In this document: positions 18,687 to 27,599 of the stretch, in pieces | Numbering within the stretch: the first letter of the stretch is position 1 | Layout: each line of letters starts with the position of its first letter | Source: Gemmatimonadota bacterium | GTDB lineage: Bacteria; Gemmatimonadota; Gemmatimonadetes; Longimicrobiales; RSA9 | Reading direction: 5' to 3' | Length of the DNA stretch: 29,348 nucleotides | NCBI GenBank assembly: GCA_040905425.1 | Contig: JBBDRO010000018.1 | Coordinates: forward strand, 25,643 to 54,990 | The notes under the pieces: model-generated | What the model was told of the DNA's origin: nothing | What the model saw: the letters and a program-made list of their open reading frames with translations, nothing else | Database searches by the model: none | Position numbers and translations under genes: made by a program

Positions 18687-19775
18687 TTACCCGGGTTGTG
18701 GTGCCTCCAGCCCCAGGTCGGCGTACTCCAGGCGGCTGTTCGTGCAGCAGGTGGCCGCCGTGGCGCGGCAGCGGCAGGCGCCGAGGCCGGCGCGCTCGGG
18801 GGCGGTGAGGCGGGCCTCAACCAGGTCGGCCATGAAGGTGGTGAAGCGCGCGTCGTCGTGGGGCACGGGCACACGGTAGTAGGTGAGGCCACGCTCCTCG
18901 GCCTCCTGGCGCAGTTCGATGTCCAGCTCCGAGAGCGTCTCCGACTGCTCGTGCATGAAGCTCACCGGCACCACCACCACGGTGTCCGCCGCCACCTCCG
19001 CGATGACGCTCTCGATGTCCGGCTGCGTCCACTCGATGGGGCGGTTGGTGTGGTTCTGGAAGCCCACCACGTAGTCGCTGGTGCCGAGGGCGTCGGCAAT
19101 CTGCTTGCAGCCGTGGTAGGTGTAGAGGTCGTAGCGGTTGCCCGCGTGGATGTAGCGCATGGGGATGCCGTGCGCCGAGAAGACCAGCTTGGTGCCGGGC
19201 GCGTTCAGATCCAGGTCGTGGGCCAGGAGCAGTTCGCGCACGCCCACGGCGCGCAGCGCGGCGTAGTCCGGATGGCCGTGCCAGCCGCTGATCTCCACGT
19301 ACTCCGGGTGCCAGTCCATGGCCTCCAGCGCACCCGCCAGATCGCGCAGCGCGGCCACGGTGGTGGAGGTGCCGCACATGGGGTAGACGGGGAAGCCCAC
19401 GAGCCGCTCCACGCCGTCCGCGCGTGCCTGCTCGGCGGCGGCGCGGATGGAGGGCTCGGTGAACTGCATGGCCACGTAGGTGCTGACCTCGTGGCCGCGG
19501 TGGGCCAGCTCGCGCTGCAGGGCCTCCGCCTGCTCGCGCGCCTGCGCCGCGAGCGGTGAGCCACCGATGGCCTGGTACTCCTCGATCAGGCCGGGCGCGC
19601 GGCGCACGGCCATCTCGTGATTGCGCGCCGCCAGCTGCTCGGGGGTCAGCTCCGCCGCGAGCCCCACGTTCAGGCCGAAGATCCGCTCCAGGTAGGGGAC
19701 CACCGTCTCCATGGTGGGCTCCGCGGGCTCGCCAAAGTTCAGCAGCACCACGCCCAGCTTGCCTGCCTTGCTCAC
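18687..19775 (-). CDS. hemH: Ferrochelatase
   Basis: Motifs VLLNFGEP, IGGSPL, VFSAHGIP, WTQPD and PVSFMHEQSETLSELD. Immediately downstream of hemE. Confidence 0.93.
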   Translation of the reverse strand: MSKAGKLGVVLLNFGEPAEPTMETVVPYLERIFGLNVGLAAELTPEQLAARNHEMAVRRAPGLIEEYQAIGGSPLAAQAREQAEALQRELAHRGHEVSTYVAMQFTEPSIRAAAEQARADGVERLVGFPVYPMCGTSTTVAALRDLAGALEAMDWHPEYVEISGWHGHPDYAALRAVGVRELLLAHDLDLNAPGTKLVFSAHGIPMRYIHAGNRYDLYTYHGCKQIADALGTSDYVVGFQNHTNRPIEWTQPDIESVIAEVAADTVVVVPVSFMHEQSETLSELDIELRQEAEERGLTYYRVPVPHDDARFTTFMADLVEARLTAPERAGLGACRCRATAATCCTNSRLEYADLGLEAPQPG

Positions 19776-19776
19776 C

Positions 19777-20817
19777 CTACCTCCCCGCCGTCAGGATTTT
19801 GGCGCTATGCTCGTGGACGAAGTCCACCACGGCCGCGGCCACGTTGTGATCGGTGCCCGGCAGGATGCCGTGCCCCAGGTTGAAGATGTGACCGGGCCGC
19901 CCGCCCACGCGCTGGAGCACGTCCCGCGCGTGCTCGATGGCCACCTTCTCACCGGCCAGCAGCGTGGTGGGGTCCAGGTTGCCCTGGATGGCGCGGTCGT
20001 GGCCGATGAGCTTCCAGGCGTCGTTGATGGGTAGGCGCCAGTCCACGCTCACGGCGTTGCCGCCCGCCGCCGCCACGAGCGGCAGCAGCGCCGGGTTGCC
20101 GTTGAAGAAGTTGATGGTGGGCACGCCCTTGGCCGCCATGCGCTCGAGCAGCGTGCGCGTGTGGGGCAGGGCGTGCCGCTCGTACTCGTCGGGGCCGAGC
20201 GCGCCGGCCCACGAGTCGAAGACCTGTACGGCGCCCGCGCCCGCCTCCCACTGCGCGATGCCGAAGTCGGCCAGGTGCCTGGCCCAGTAGTCGGCCAGCC
20301 GATCCCACGCCTCGGGGTGGCGCCAGATGAAGGTCTTGAGCTCGGCCAGGTCCCGGGAGCGCGGCCCGCCCACCAGGTAGGAGAGGAGCGTGAAAGGCGC
20401 GCCCACGAAGCCCAGGATGGGCACGTCCAGGCGCTCCTTCAGCAGGCGGATCTGCGCCATGTTGTAGTGGAGCGCTTCGCGCACGTCGAACGGCTCCAGG
20501 GCGTCCACGTCGGCGGGCGTGGTAATGGGACGGTCCACCACCGGGCCCACGCCCTTGCGGAGTTCCACCTGGAACCCGGCGCCGAAGAAGGGCGTCACCA
20601 GGTCATTGTAGAGCACCGCCGCGTCCACGTTGAAGTAGTCCAGCGGCATGGCGGTGATCTCCGCCGCGGCCGCCGGATCCATGATGATCTCGAAGAACGC
20701 GCGGTCGGCGCGCGCCTCGCGGTAGCGCGGCAGGCAGCGCCCCGCCTGGCGCATGAACCAGACGGGCGTGTAGTCTAGCGGCTCGCGTTTGAGCGCGCGC
20801 AGGATACGGTCGTTCAT
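19777..20817 (-). CDS. hemE: Uroporphyrinogen decarboxylase
   Basis: Motifs PVWFMRQAGR, GFVGAPFTL, QVFDSWAG, QGNLDP and HIFNLGHG. Confidence 0.96.
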   Translation of the reverse strand: MNDRILRALKREPLDYTPVWFMRQAGRCLPRYREARADRAFFEIIMDPAAAAEITAMPLDYFNVDAAVLYNDLVTPFFGAGFQVELRKGVGPVVDRPITTPADVDALEPFDVREALHYNMAQIRLLKERLDVPILGFVGAPFTLLSYLVGGPRSRDLAELKTFIWRHPEAWDRLADYWARHLADFGIAQWEAGAGAVQVFDSWAGALGPDEYERHALPHTRTLLERMAAKGVPTINFFNGNPALLPLVAAAGGNAVSVDWRLPINDAWKLIGHDRAIQGNLDPTTLLAGEKVAIEHARDVLQRVGGRPGHIFNLGHGILPGTDHNVAAAVVDFVHEHSAKILTAGR

Positions 20818-20927
20818 GCCTTCCTTCGTGCCGGGTCTTTCGGGGGCGGCAAAGTAGGGCGCGGCGGTGGGGCTGCGCCAGTTGGGCGGCGTTGGCGTGG
20901 CCCATCCTTACGGATGGAGGAGGACAC

Positions 20928-21311
20928 GTGCAGGCAATGGAAACCCGACCGTTGGCCGCGCGCTGGCTGCGGGCGGAGGGCGCGGCCGCGCTGGTGCTCT
21001 CGCTGGCGCTCTATGCGGGCACGGGCGCCAGCTGGTGGCTCTACGCGGCGCTCTTCCTGGCGCCTGACCTGGCCATGCTCGGCTACCTGGCCGGCCCGCG
21101 TCCCGGTGCGCTGCTCTACAACGCCGCGCACACCTACGTGCTGCCCCTGCTGCTGGCCGTTGCAGGGGGCCTCGCGCACGTGCCGGTGGCGGTGCCCGTG
21201 GCGCTCGTGTGGGTGGGCCACATCGGCTTCGATCGCATGCTGGGCTACGGCCTGAAGGAGCGGAGCGGCTTCCGGGACACGCATCTGGGGCGCATCGGCG
21301 GGCGGCGCTGA
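20928..21311 (+). CDS. DUF4260-domain membrane protein
   Basis: Motifs LRAEG, PDLAMLGYLAG, YNAAH and HIGFDRMLGYGLK...FRDTHLG. GTG 20928 follows GGAGGAGG. Confidence 0.9.
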   Translation: MQAMETRPLAARWLRAEGAAALVLSLALYAGTGASWWLYAALFLAPDLAMLGYLAGPRPGALLYNAAHTYVLPLLLAVAGGLAHVPVAVPVALVWVGHIGFDRMLGYGLKERSGFRDTHLGRIGGRR

Positions 21312-21474
21312 GCGGCCGAGGAAGGGGGCCGTGGCAAAGTCGAAGGGCGGGACGCTTGCCGGAGTAAGGCGGATTTTTGTGTGGGGCGTGATATCTGTTT
21401 TTGTGTTGGGGAAGGGTGGGCCGCGCGCTCGACGCTCATGCGGGGTGGTGGCTGAGCTGAGCCGCGCTGCCGGC

Positions 21475-21650
21475 GCAAAAATGCACAACGGCCGGCCGTT
21501 GCGAGACGGTTGTCCATTTTGCCGTGCCTGGCGGGGCAAAATGCACAATCGTGCTGAGCGGAGAAGGACGGTTGTGCGTTCTTGCGGCCGTACGGGCGGC
21601 AACGTGCACAACGGCCCCGGCGGGTGGGGTGGTTGTGCGATTTTCCGCCC
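21475..21650. repeat. Three tandem palindromic units with a 60-63 bp period (REP/BIME-like)
   Basis: Left arms contain TGCACAA at about 21482, 21542 and 21605. Right arms are GGTTGTCCATTTT, GGTTGTGCGTTCT and GGTTGTGCGATTTT. Loops differ between units. Confidence 0.8.
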
Positions 21651-21901
21651 TCCGGCAGCGGCTTCCGATCTTCGGGCGACCGGCGGCGCGGGAGGCCGCC
21701 GGCGTGGAAGATCGCCGGCGCGGGAGAGCCCGGCGCCGCGACCACGCGGGTGTTCAGCCTATCGCTGTTCCGACGGCGCGACGAGCGACTGCCCCGGAAA
21801 ATGGCGTGCACGCCGGGGGCGGGTCTACTGTAATGAACCGGCCGCGCGTGCACCCGCGCCGGACCCTGACAGCCGCACCCGCAACGCGGAAGGTTCAGCC
21901 C

Positions 21902-22489
21902 ATGCCCTCCACACCGCGCCGCTCCAGCATCCTCGCCGCGGCCCTGTGCCTCGGCCTCACCGCCTGTGAGGCGCCCGTCTTCGGGGACAACTGCCGCGCC
22001 GACCGCATCGTGGCGCATTTCGAGGGCACCCTGGCCGTGGACGGCGGCGTCATCGAGATCGATCGCGAGGACGCCGTAGCCCCCTCCAACATCCCGGTGG
22101 CCAGCTTCCGCGACCTGAACGACGTCCTGCTGGAGGGCGGCGCGGCCACGGGCGGCGTGGTATGGAGCCACGGCGGCATCGGCAGCGCCAACGACTTCTT
22201 TGCGGTGGCCCTGAGCGCGCCGCTGCAGACGGGCCAGGTGCGGGCCGTCACCACCACCTTCCAGGGCGGCGGCTGGGGTCCCCTGGCCGTGCAGGGCGCC
22301 GCCCTGGCGCTCCGCCTGGAGGATGTGTGGGCCACGGAAGTGGAGGGAGAGGTCACGGTGGTGCAGGGCGCGCCGCTGCGGCTCGGCGTGAACCTTGACA
22401 TTACCCTCTCCGACGGCGGTGTCCTCACGCTGACGGGTACGGATACGTTCCGCTATGAGCGGGGGAGCTGCGGGGACGCGCGGGGGTAG
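21902..22489 (+). CDS. Hypothetical lipoprotein
   Basis: Lipobox LGLTAC after MPSTPRRSSIL, with host-like codon usage. Confidence 0.75.
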   Translation: MPSTPRRSSILAAALCLGLTACEAPVFGDNCRADRIVAHFEGTLAVDGGVIEIDREDAVAPSNIPVASFRDLNDVLLEGGAATGGVVWSHGGIGSANDFFAVALSAPLQTGQVRAVTTTFQGGGWGPLAVQGAALALRLEDVWATEVEGEVTVVQGAPLRLGVNLDITLSDGGVLTLTGTDTFRYERGSCGDARG

Positions 22490-22516
22490 GGGTTGCCGCT
22501 GGGGTGGCCGGGCGTC

Positions 22517-22656
22517 GGGCGGGCGCTGAGGCGCGTTTATGCGGCGTGGGCTGCTGGGGCGGGTGTGCGGGCGGGCGCTGGGGCGCAGTTATGCTGCGTG
22601 GGCGGCCGGGGTGGAAGCCGCGCGCCGCGGCGCTGGCGCATTTATGCTGCGTGGGC
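22517..22656. repeat. Three direct repeats with a 52-53 bp period, core GGCGC..TTATGC(G/T)GCGTGGGC
   Basis: TTATGC cores at 22537, 22589 and 22642, separated by variable G-rich linkers. Confidence 0.8.
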
Positions 22657-22724
22657 CGCAGGTGCGGGAGCGCGGCGGTGGCGTCCCGTGCGACCAGCGC
22701 TGTACGCGTAGCCCCCGTGCCCGG

Positions 22725-22863
22725 CGGTTGCGCGTTTGGTGGCAATAATTGCAGCGGAAGCCGCACGCGCGAGTGCGGGCGCCGCCGTTGCACGCCTGAT
22801 GGCAATTATTCGCGCTATACCCGCACGCGCGATTTCTGGTCGCAGCGCGTGCGGGTTTGGTGG
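22725..22863. repeat. 60-bp tandem repeat (2 copies plus a partial third) with an internal 12-bp hairpin
   Basis: TGGCAATAATT/TGGCAATTATT at 22740 and 22800, CCGCACGCGCGA at 22761 and 22821. ACCCGCACGCGC (22819-22830) pairs with GCGCGTGCGGGT (22845-22856). Confidence 0.75.
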
Positions 22864-22917
22864 GACCGATGGGGCGGGGGAGGGCGGCGGGCGGTGGGCC
22901 GGGCAGACGCAGGCCCG

Positions 22918-23025
22918 CACTTATGCGGCGCGGATGCGCCGGTGCGGGTGCGGGGGGCGGGGGGGTGTGTGCGCGGGCAGATGTCGGGGCGGCCTTATGC
23001 TGCGCGGGCGGCACTTATGCGGCGT
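22918..23025. repeat. Three further copies of TTATGC(G/T)GCG, irregularly spaced
   Basis: Cores at 22921, 22995 and 23015, in the same orientation as the 22517-22656 copies. Confidence 0.75.
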
Positions 23026-23151
23026 TGGCCTGGTTGCGCGTCCCCTTGAGGTTGCTCCGGGGTTCGTTGCTCAGGGGGTAGGATGGATGCGGCGTGCGTG
23101 TGCGGCCGGGAGGGGTGGATGCCCCCGGTGAGGCGGCCGCGCGCCGCGCCG

Positions 23152-23180
23152 TGTAAACGCCCCCCTCACCTGCGGCGTTC
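23152..23180 (+). promoter_or_regulatory. Candidate ECF-sigma promoter TGTAAAC-N17-CGTTC
   Basis: Fits the generic ECF pattern (-35 AAC, -10 CGT) about 45 bp upstream of the ECF sigma gene. Confidence 0.45.
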
Positions 23181-23223
23181 CACCCCCGGGCCGCCGCGCG
23201 GGCGATCCAGCGACCGGGGTGAT

Positions 23224-23817
23224 GTGGCTGACGCGACGACGCTGAGCGCAACAGAAGCGGACGAGCTTGCCCGGGCCGCGGCCGCGGGCAGCGACCGCGC
23301 GTTCCAGCGCCTCGTCACCGCCGTCCATCCCCGCCTCTTCCGCTGGGCGCTGGCCTACACCGGCTCCGCCGACGACGCCGAGGACATTGCCCAGGAGGCG
23401 CTCATCCGGGCGCACCGGGCGCTGCCGCGCTTCCAGTTCGACGCGGCCGTGACCACCTGGCTGTGGCGCATCGTGCGGCATGCGGCGGCCGACTGGCGGC
23501 GAGGGAATCGGCGGCGCCGCGCGCGTGAGGACCATGCGCTGGGTAGCATGCCCGTGGCCGCGCCGCCGACCGATCCGCCGGTGGACGCGCGCCGTGGCGC
23601 GGAGCGGGTGGCCGGCTGGCTGGCGGAGCTGCCCGCCCGGCAGCGCGAAGCCTTCACGCTGCTGGAACTGGAGGGGCTGGACACGGCCGCGGCCGCCGCA
23701 CGCACCGGCCTGGCGGAAGCGACGATGCGCGTCCACCTGCTGCGCGCGCGGCGCGCCCTGCGGCGCCGCATCATCGAGGAAGATCCCGCACTGGCGGAGG
23801 ACATACGTGAACTGTGA
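23224..23817 (+). CDS. ECF RNA polymerase sigma factor
   Basis: Region 2 DAEDIAQEA...TWLWRI and region 4 LPARQREAF...TMRVHLLRAR. GTG start at 23224 inferred. Confidence 0.92.
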   Translation: MADATTLSATEADELARAAAAGSDRAFQRLVTAVHPRLFRWALAYTGSADDAEDIAQEALIRAHRALPRFQFDAAVTTWLWRIVRHAAADWRRGNRRRRAREDHALGSMPVAAPPTDPPVDARRGAERVAGWLAELPARQREAFTLLELEGLDTAAAAARTGLAEATMRVHLLRARRALRRRIIEEDPALAEDIREL

Positions 23818-24370
23818 AGCATGCCTGGAGTGGATGCTGGAGGCGGAGCCTGCCGAGCTCCGCGCGGCGGCGTCTACGACGGGCGATCTGGCCGCCCATC
23901 TGGCGCGCTGTACGCGCTGCCGGGCGGCGGCGGAGCGGGTGCTGGCCCGCGAGGACGAGATGCGCGCGGTGTGGCGGGCGGCGCTGCCGGTACGGCGGCT
24001 CAAAGTGCTGGTGGCCACCGGCGGGCGCGCGGCCTCAGCCGAGGAGGTCGAGCGGGCCGAGGGTGCGGCGACGGAGCGTGGCTCCCGCACCGGGCGGCGG
24101 TCCGGAGCCCGCTCGCGCCGCCGCCGCACGGCCGCCTGGCTCGTACCGCTGGCCGCCGCCGCGGCGCTCGGCGGCGTGCTGGCGCTCCAGTGGGATGACG
24201 TGTCGACGCGCTTCGGCGGCGACTCCCTCGAGCGCACCGCCGCCGCCATGCGGCTGCTCTATCCGCCGCCCACGGTGCCGGAGGCGCCCGTGGTAAACGC
24301 GGCGCCGGGCGGCGGCGTCGCGGTGCTGCGGACCAACGATCCGCGCATCACGCTCATCCTGAACTTCTGA
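23807..24370 (+). CDS. Zinc-binding (zf-HC2/ZAS) membrane anti-sigma factor
   Basis: N-terminal NC, HLARCTRC (HxxxCxxC) and one TM segment. GGAGG RBS, overlapping the sigma gene end. Confidence 0.85.
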   Translation: MNCEACLEWMLEAEPAELRAAASTTGDLAAHLARCTRCRAAAERVLAREDEMRAVWRAALPVRRLKVLVATGGRAASAEEVERAEGAATERGSRTGRRSGARSRRRRTAAWLVPLAAAAALGGVLALQWDDVSTRFGGDSLERTAAAMRLLYPPPTVPEAPVVNAAPGGGVAVLRTNDPRITLILNF

Positions 24371-24405
24371 GGCGGCGTCGGCGCCGCGCGAACGGAGATC
24401 CGACC

Positions 24406-25050
24406 ATGCGAATCACGCGGACTTTCCTGGTGCTCCTGCTCCTGACGGGTCTCGGCGCGGGCTGCGCCGAGCGGGAGGAGACGCGGGCGTTCACGCTGGA
24501 GACGCTGGATGCCCGGAGCGCCGTGCCCCTGATCACGCCGTTCGTGGGTGGGGACAGCGCACGGGTCGGCGGCACCATCGGGAACAGGGTCGTTACGGTA
24601 CGCGGCACCTCCGGCCAACTCGATGCCATCGCGGCCTTCCTGGCCGAGCACGATCAGCCGGGCGCCACGGTGACGCTGCGCTTCCAGGTCGTAGAGGCCA
24701 ACGGCTTCGACTCGACCGACCCCGCCATTGCCGATGTGGAGAGCGCCCTGCGCGACGTGCTCGCGTTTGAGGGCTACCGGCTAGTGAGTGAGGGCGTGGT
24801 GCGCGTCGGCCGGTCGGCCAGTTTCGGCCAACAGCTCGGCGCCGCCTTCGCAATCGGTGGTCGGGTCCGCGGTATCACGATTCGGGAGGATGCAGCGGCC
24901 GTCGAACTCGAGATCCACCTCCTTTCGAACGACAGGCCGATTTTGAATACGGAGGCAACGGTTCCCGTCGGCCAGATCGTGGTCCTGGGCAACACACGGG
25001 ATGGCGACGGCCCCACCTACATCCTGGTGGTCCGCCCCACGCTGGAGTAG
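24406..25050 (+). CDS. Hypothetical lipoprotein with possible secretin-N-like repeat, third gene of the ECF operon
   Basis: Lipobox LGAGC and GGAG RBS. VTVRGTSGQLDAIAAFLAEHD resembles secretin N-domain repeats. Confidence 0.72.
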   Translation: MRITRTFLVLLLLTGLGAGCAEREETRAFTLETLDARSAVPLITPFVGGDSARVGGTIGNRVVTVRGTSGQLDAIAAFLAEHDQPGATVTLRFQVVEANGFDSTDPAIADVESALRDVLAFEGYRLVSEGVVRVGRSASFGQQLGAAFAIGGRVRGITIREDAAAVELEIHLLSNDRPILNTEATVPVGQIVVLGNTRDGDGPTYILVVRPTLE

Positions 25051-25309
25051 CGGTGGCACCGGAGCGGGCCGAGGCTCAGGCTGCGAGCGGCCAGCGCCGC
25101 ACAGGCGAAATGGTTTCGCGCCGTTGCGCGATTGGCCATACTACTTGTTGTCAAACGCGCCGGAGCCCGTTAGGCCGGAAAACGCGTGAGCCTCTGGTGA
25201 CACGAGGGGCCATTCAGCCGACACGCGACGCCGTGCAGCCGTCCATGTCTGTCCACACCCCGGCGAGCGCCACCCGCGCCGTTCCCACGCCAGGCCCTGG
25301 AGACGCCCT

Positions 25310-26569
25310 GTGAAACTCCGCTCTGCCGTCCCGGTACTCATGGCAACCCTGGCCGCCTGCGCCGCCGACGGCCCCGCCGCCGGCCCGCGTGTAAGCACTG
25401 CCGACAGTGCCGGCATCGAGGTGACGGAGGTGACTGGGCTGGACCTCTCACTGCTGCCGCAGTGGCGCCTGGCCGACCAGCCGCTCGTGCACATCGGGGA
25501 GGTGGATGGGGCGGAGGAGTACACCTTCGGGCGCATCACCGGAGGGTTGTTTCTGCGGGGCGGCCAGCTCGTCGTGGTGGACGGGCAGACGCAGACGCTG
25601 AGCGTCTACGATGGGGACGGTACGTTCGTGCGGCGCTTGGGCGGACGGGGCAACGGGCCGGGTGAGTTCGCCAATGCGTGGCGGCTGCGGGCCACCGGAC
25701 CAACCTCCTTTGCCGTTTACGATGCACGGCTGAGCCGCATCACTTCATTCGATCTGGCCACCGGCAACACCGATACCCGCCCGGTGGAACTGAACGATTG
25801 CGCGCTGCCGGAGTTGACCGGTGCATCGCCGTTTTGCCAGGGGATCGACCTGCTGGCCGGCGGCGAGTTGCTTGTGGTGAGCGGCATCCAATCGGCGGCG
25901 GGACAGAGCCCCACCAATTTCACGATCGAGGAGATCGAGCCCCGGCCACGCTTCCTCGGGCTTATAGCCGGTGCCTCCGTGGTAGCGTTGGACACCGTCC
26001 ATCTGGAGCCGTGGACCAACGTCCACGATCAGGGTTGGCTCTGGTTCTTTCCCACCCCGTTTTACGTGACGGAGAAGTGGGCGGCGGGGCAGGACCGGGT
26101 GGTGAACGTCCGCGACGAGCCCTTCGAGCTCCGCACCTGGTCCAGTGCCGGTGACCTCCAGCGCATCGTTCGCATCGATCTGCCCAGGGCGCCGCGGACC
26201 GAAGCGCACACGGCGGCGATGACGGCCGCCATCGAGGCTGGGGACAACGCCATCCTCCAGCGCTACATCGAGGAGGCGGAGTGGCGCGCCACGGTCCCGC
26301 ACTTCCGCGCCGCGGTGCTGGACGCCGCCGGCCGCACATGGCTGGAGGACTACTGGCCCGACATCGACGGCCTCGGCGCGCCGGCGCCGAGCTGGTGGAC
26401 GGTGCTGGACACAGTCGGCGTGCCTGCGGTCCGCATCCAGGCACCGGTGGCCGAGGACATCCTCATGATCGGTGACGACCGCATCCTTATCCGCGAAACG
26501 GATGAACTCGGCGTACACCGCGCGGCCGTTTTCTCCATCGAAGGCGGTGGGTCCGGAACGCAGTCGTGA
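25310..26569 (+). CDS. Six-bladed beta-propeller lipoprotein (paralog of 17416-18642)
   Basis: Lipobox LAAC, motifs DSAGIEV, GGRGNGPGEF and DAAGRTWL...WTVLD...IGDDRIL...DELGV. Confidence 0.82.
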   Translation: MKLRSAVPVLMATLAACAADGPAAGPRVSTADSAGIEVTEVTGLDLSLLPQWRLADQPLVHIGEVDGAEEYTFGRITGGLFLRGGQLVVVDGQTQTLSVYDGDGTFVRRLGGRGNGPGEFANAWRLRATGPTSFAVYDARLSRITSFDLATGNTDTRPVELNDCALPELTGASPFCQGIDLLAGGELLVVSGIQSAAGQSPTNFTIEEIEPRPRFLGLIAGASVVALDTVHLEPWTNVHDQGWLWFFPTPFYVTEKWAAGQDRVVNVRDEPFELRTWSSAGDLQRIVRIDLPRAPRTEAHTAAMTAAIEAGDNAILQRYIEEAEWRATVPHFRAAVLDAAGRTWLEDYWPDIDGLGAPAPSWWTVLDTVGVPAVRIQAPVAEDILMIGDDRILIRETDELGVHRAAVFSIEGGGSGTQS

Positions 26570-26669
26570 TGACTGACCTCAGATCCCATTTCCGGAAGCC
26601 GACTTGGGGGTATCCATGTAACCGGAGGGGTGGGCGAGGCCCACAGCTCTCGTCAACCCCTTCGACCTC

Positions 26670-27599
26670 CTACCTGACCCAGCCCGCTTCTGGATCCCAC
26701 CGCCCCAGGTTCTCTCCTCCCTCTTGTGCCGCGGCGCGTAGAGTGGGATGGACGAAGCCTCGGATTCGGGTGACCACTCGAGAGAAATCTTCTGGGGCAC
26801 CGACAGCGTCGTTCCGGCGGATGAACGCCTTCCACTGTGCCTGGCTCTCGGCACTCTTTCCGAAGTCGTCCGTCAGGGCAATGGGTACCTCATGAGAAAG
26901 GCTCGTTCCTCGGTGATCAAACGTCGCACGCACTTGGCGGATGAGCCTCAGGCCCTCGAATTGCCTCTCGTTGCTAAGAAGGAACAGATCGAAGAAGTCC
27001 TTGAACCGAGTAGTCACCGTACCGAGCTTCACAATCGCCTCCGCCTTCTCGGCAACAACGACTTCAGGGCTGTATGCGCGAATCACAGGGGCCTCGAACT
27101 CGAGCAGTACCGGAAGGGTTGCCTTCACGGGCTCTTCAATCAAAGCCTCGCTGAAGCCCAGGTCGATCTGGGTGTGGATCTTTGTGCGGCCCAGCATGGC
27201 AATCAACCTCAGTCGTACGCCGGAATACTCCGCGTCCAACTGAATCTCCTCAGCCGAAAACGACGTGAGATCGAATGTTAGGCCGTCGTCATGTGGCACG
27301 CTCACCCCCACGACCTCTTTGAAGATCGTTTCCACGGTTTCAGCCGCGTTCGGGATGGAGGCGAGGAAGTCCACGTCCTTCGTGGCTCGCTGCGAGATCC
27401 CCCACGCGTAGAAGAGCCATGCTCCCTTCAAAATGAACCTCTCGCTGTAATCCGAAATGCTGAGCCGGTACATCAGTCGTTCCGTCGCATATCGAATCAA
27501 CACGACCGGCATACTCTCCTTCGTCTCATGCGACACGTTACGCAGGCGCTGGCGGACGGACTCGGATACGTTGGTCAATTCGTCAGTCCAATGCGGCAT
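26670..27599 (-). CDS. abiEii: AbiEii-family nucleotidyltransferase toxin (type IV TA)
   Basis: Motifs ERLMYRL, FILKGA, RATKDVDF, EK.EAI and RFKDFFDL. ATG 27599 overlaps the antitoxin stop (TGATG). Confidence 0.92.
   Translation of the reverse strand: MPHWTDELTNVSESVRQRLRNVSHETKESMPVVLIRYATERLMYRLSISDYSERFILKGAWLFYAWGISQRATKDVDFLASIPNAAETVETIFKEVVGVSVPHDDGLTFDLTSFSAEEIQLDAEYSGVRLRLIAMLGRTKIHTQIDLGFSEALIEEPVKATLPVLLEFEAPVIRAYSPEVVVAEKAEAIVKLGTVTTRFKDFFDLFLLSNERQFEGLRLIRQVRATFDHRGTSLSHEVPIALTDDFGKSAESQAQWKAFIRRNDAVGAPEDFSRVVTRIRGFVHPTLRAAAQEGGENLGRWDPEAGWVR

Noticed and set aside
21475..21650. Integron attC sites (AAC...GTT)
   Set aside because: The AAC/GTT motifs are at the inner ends of the arms, only about 20 nt apart. 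They do not fit RYYYAAC/GTTRRRY, and there are no cassette ORFs between units.
21475..23025. CRISPR array
   Set aside because: Repeats are degenerate, spacers are only about 17-20 nt and low-complexity, and no cas genes are present in the window.
22425..23131. Protein-coding ORFs across the repeat region
   Set aside because: Translations simply mirror the DNA repeats, with no RBS or coding-like codon bias.
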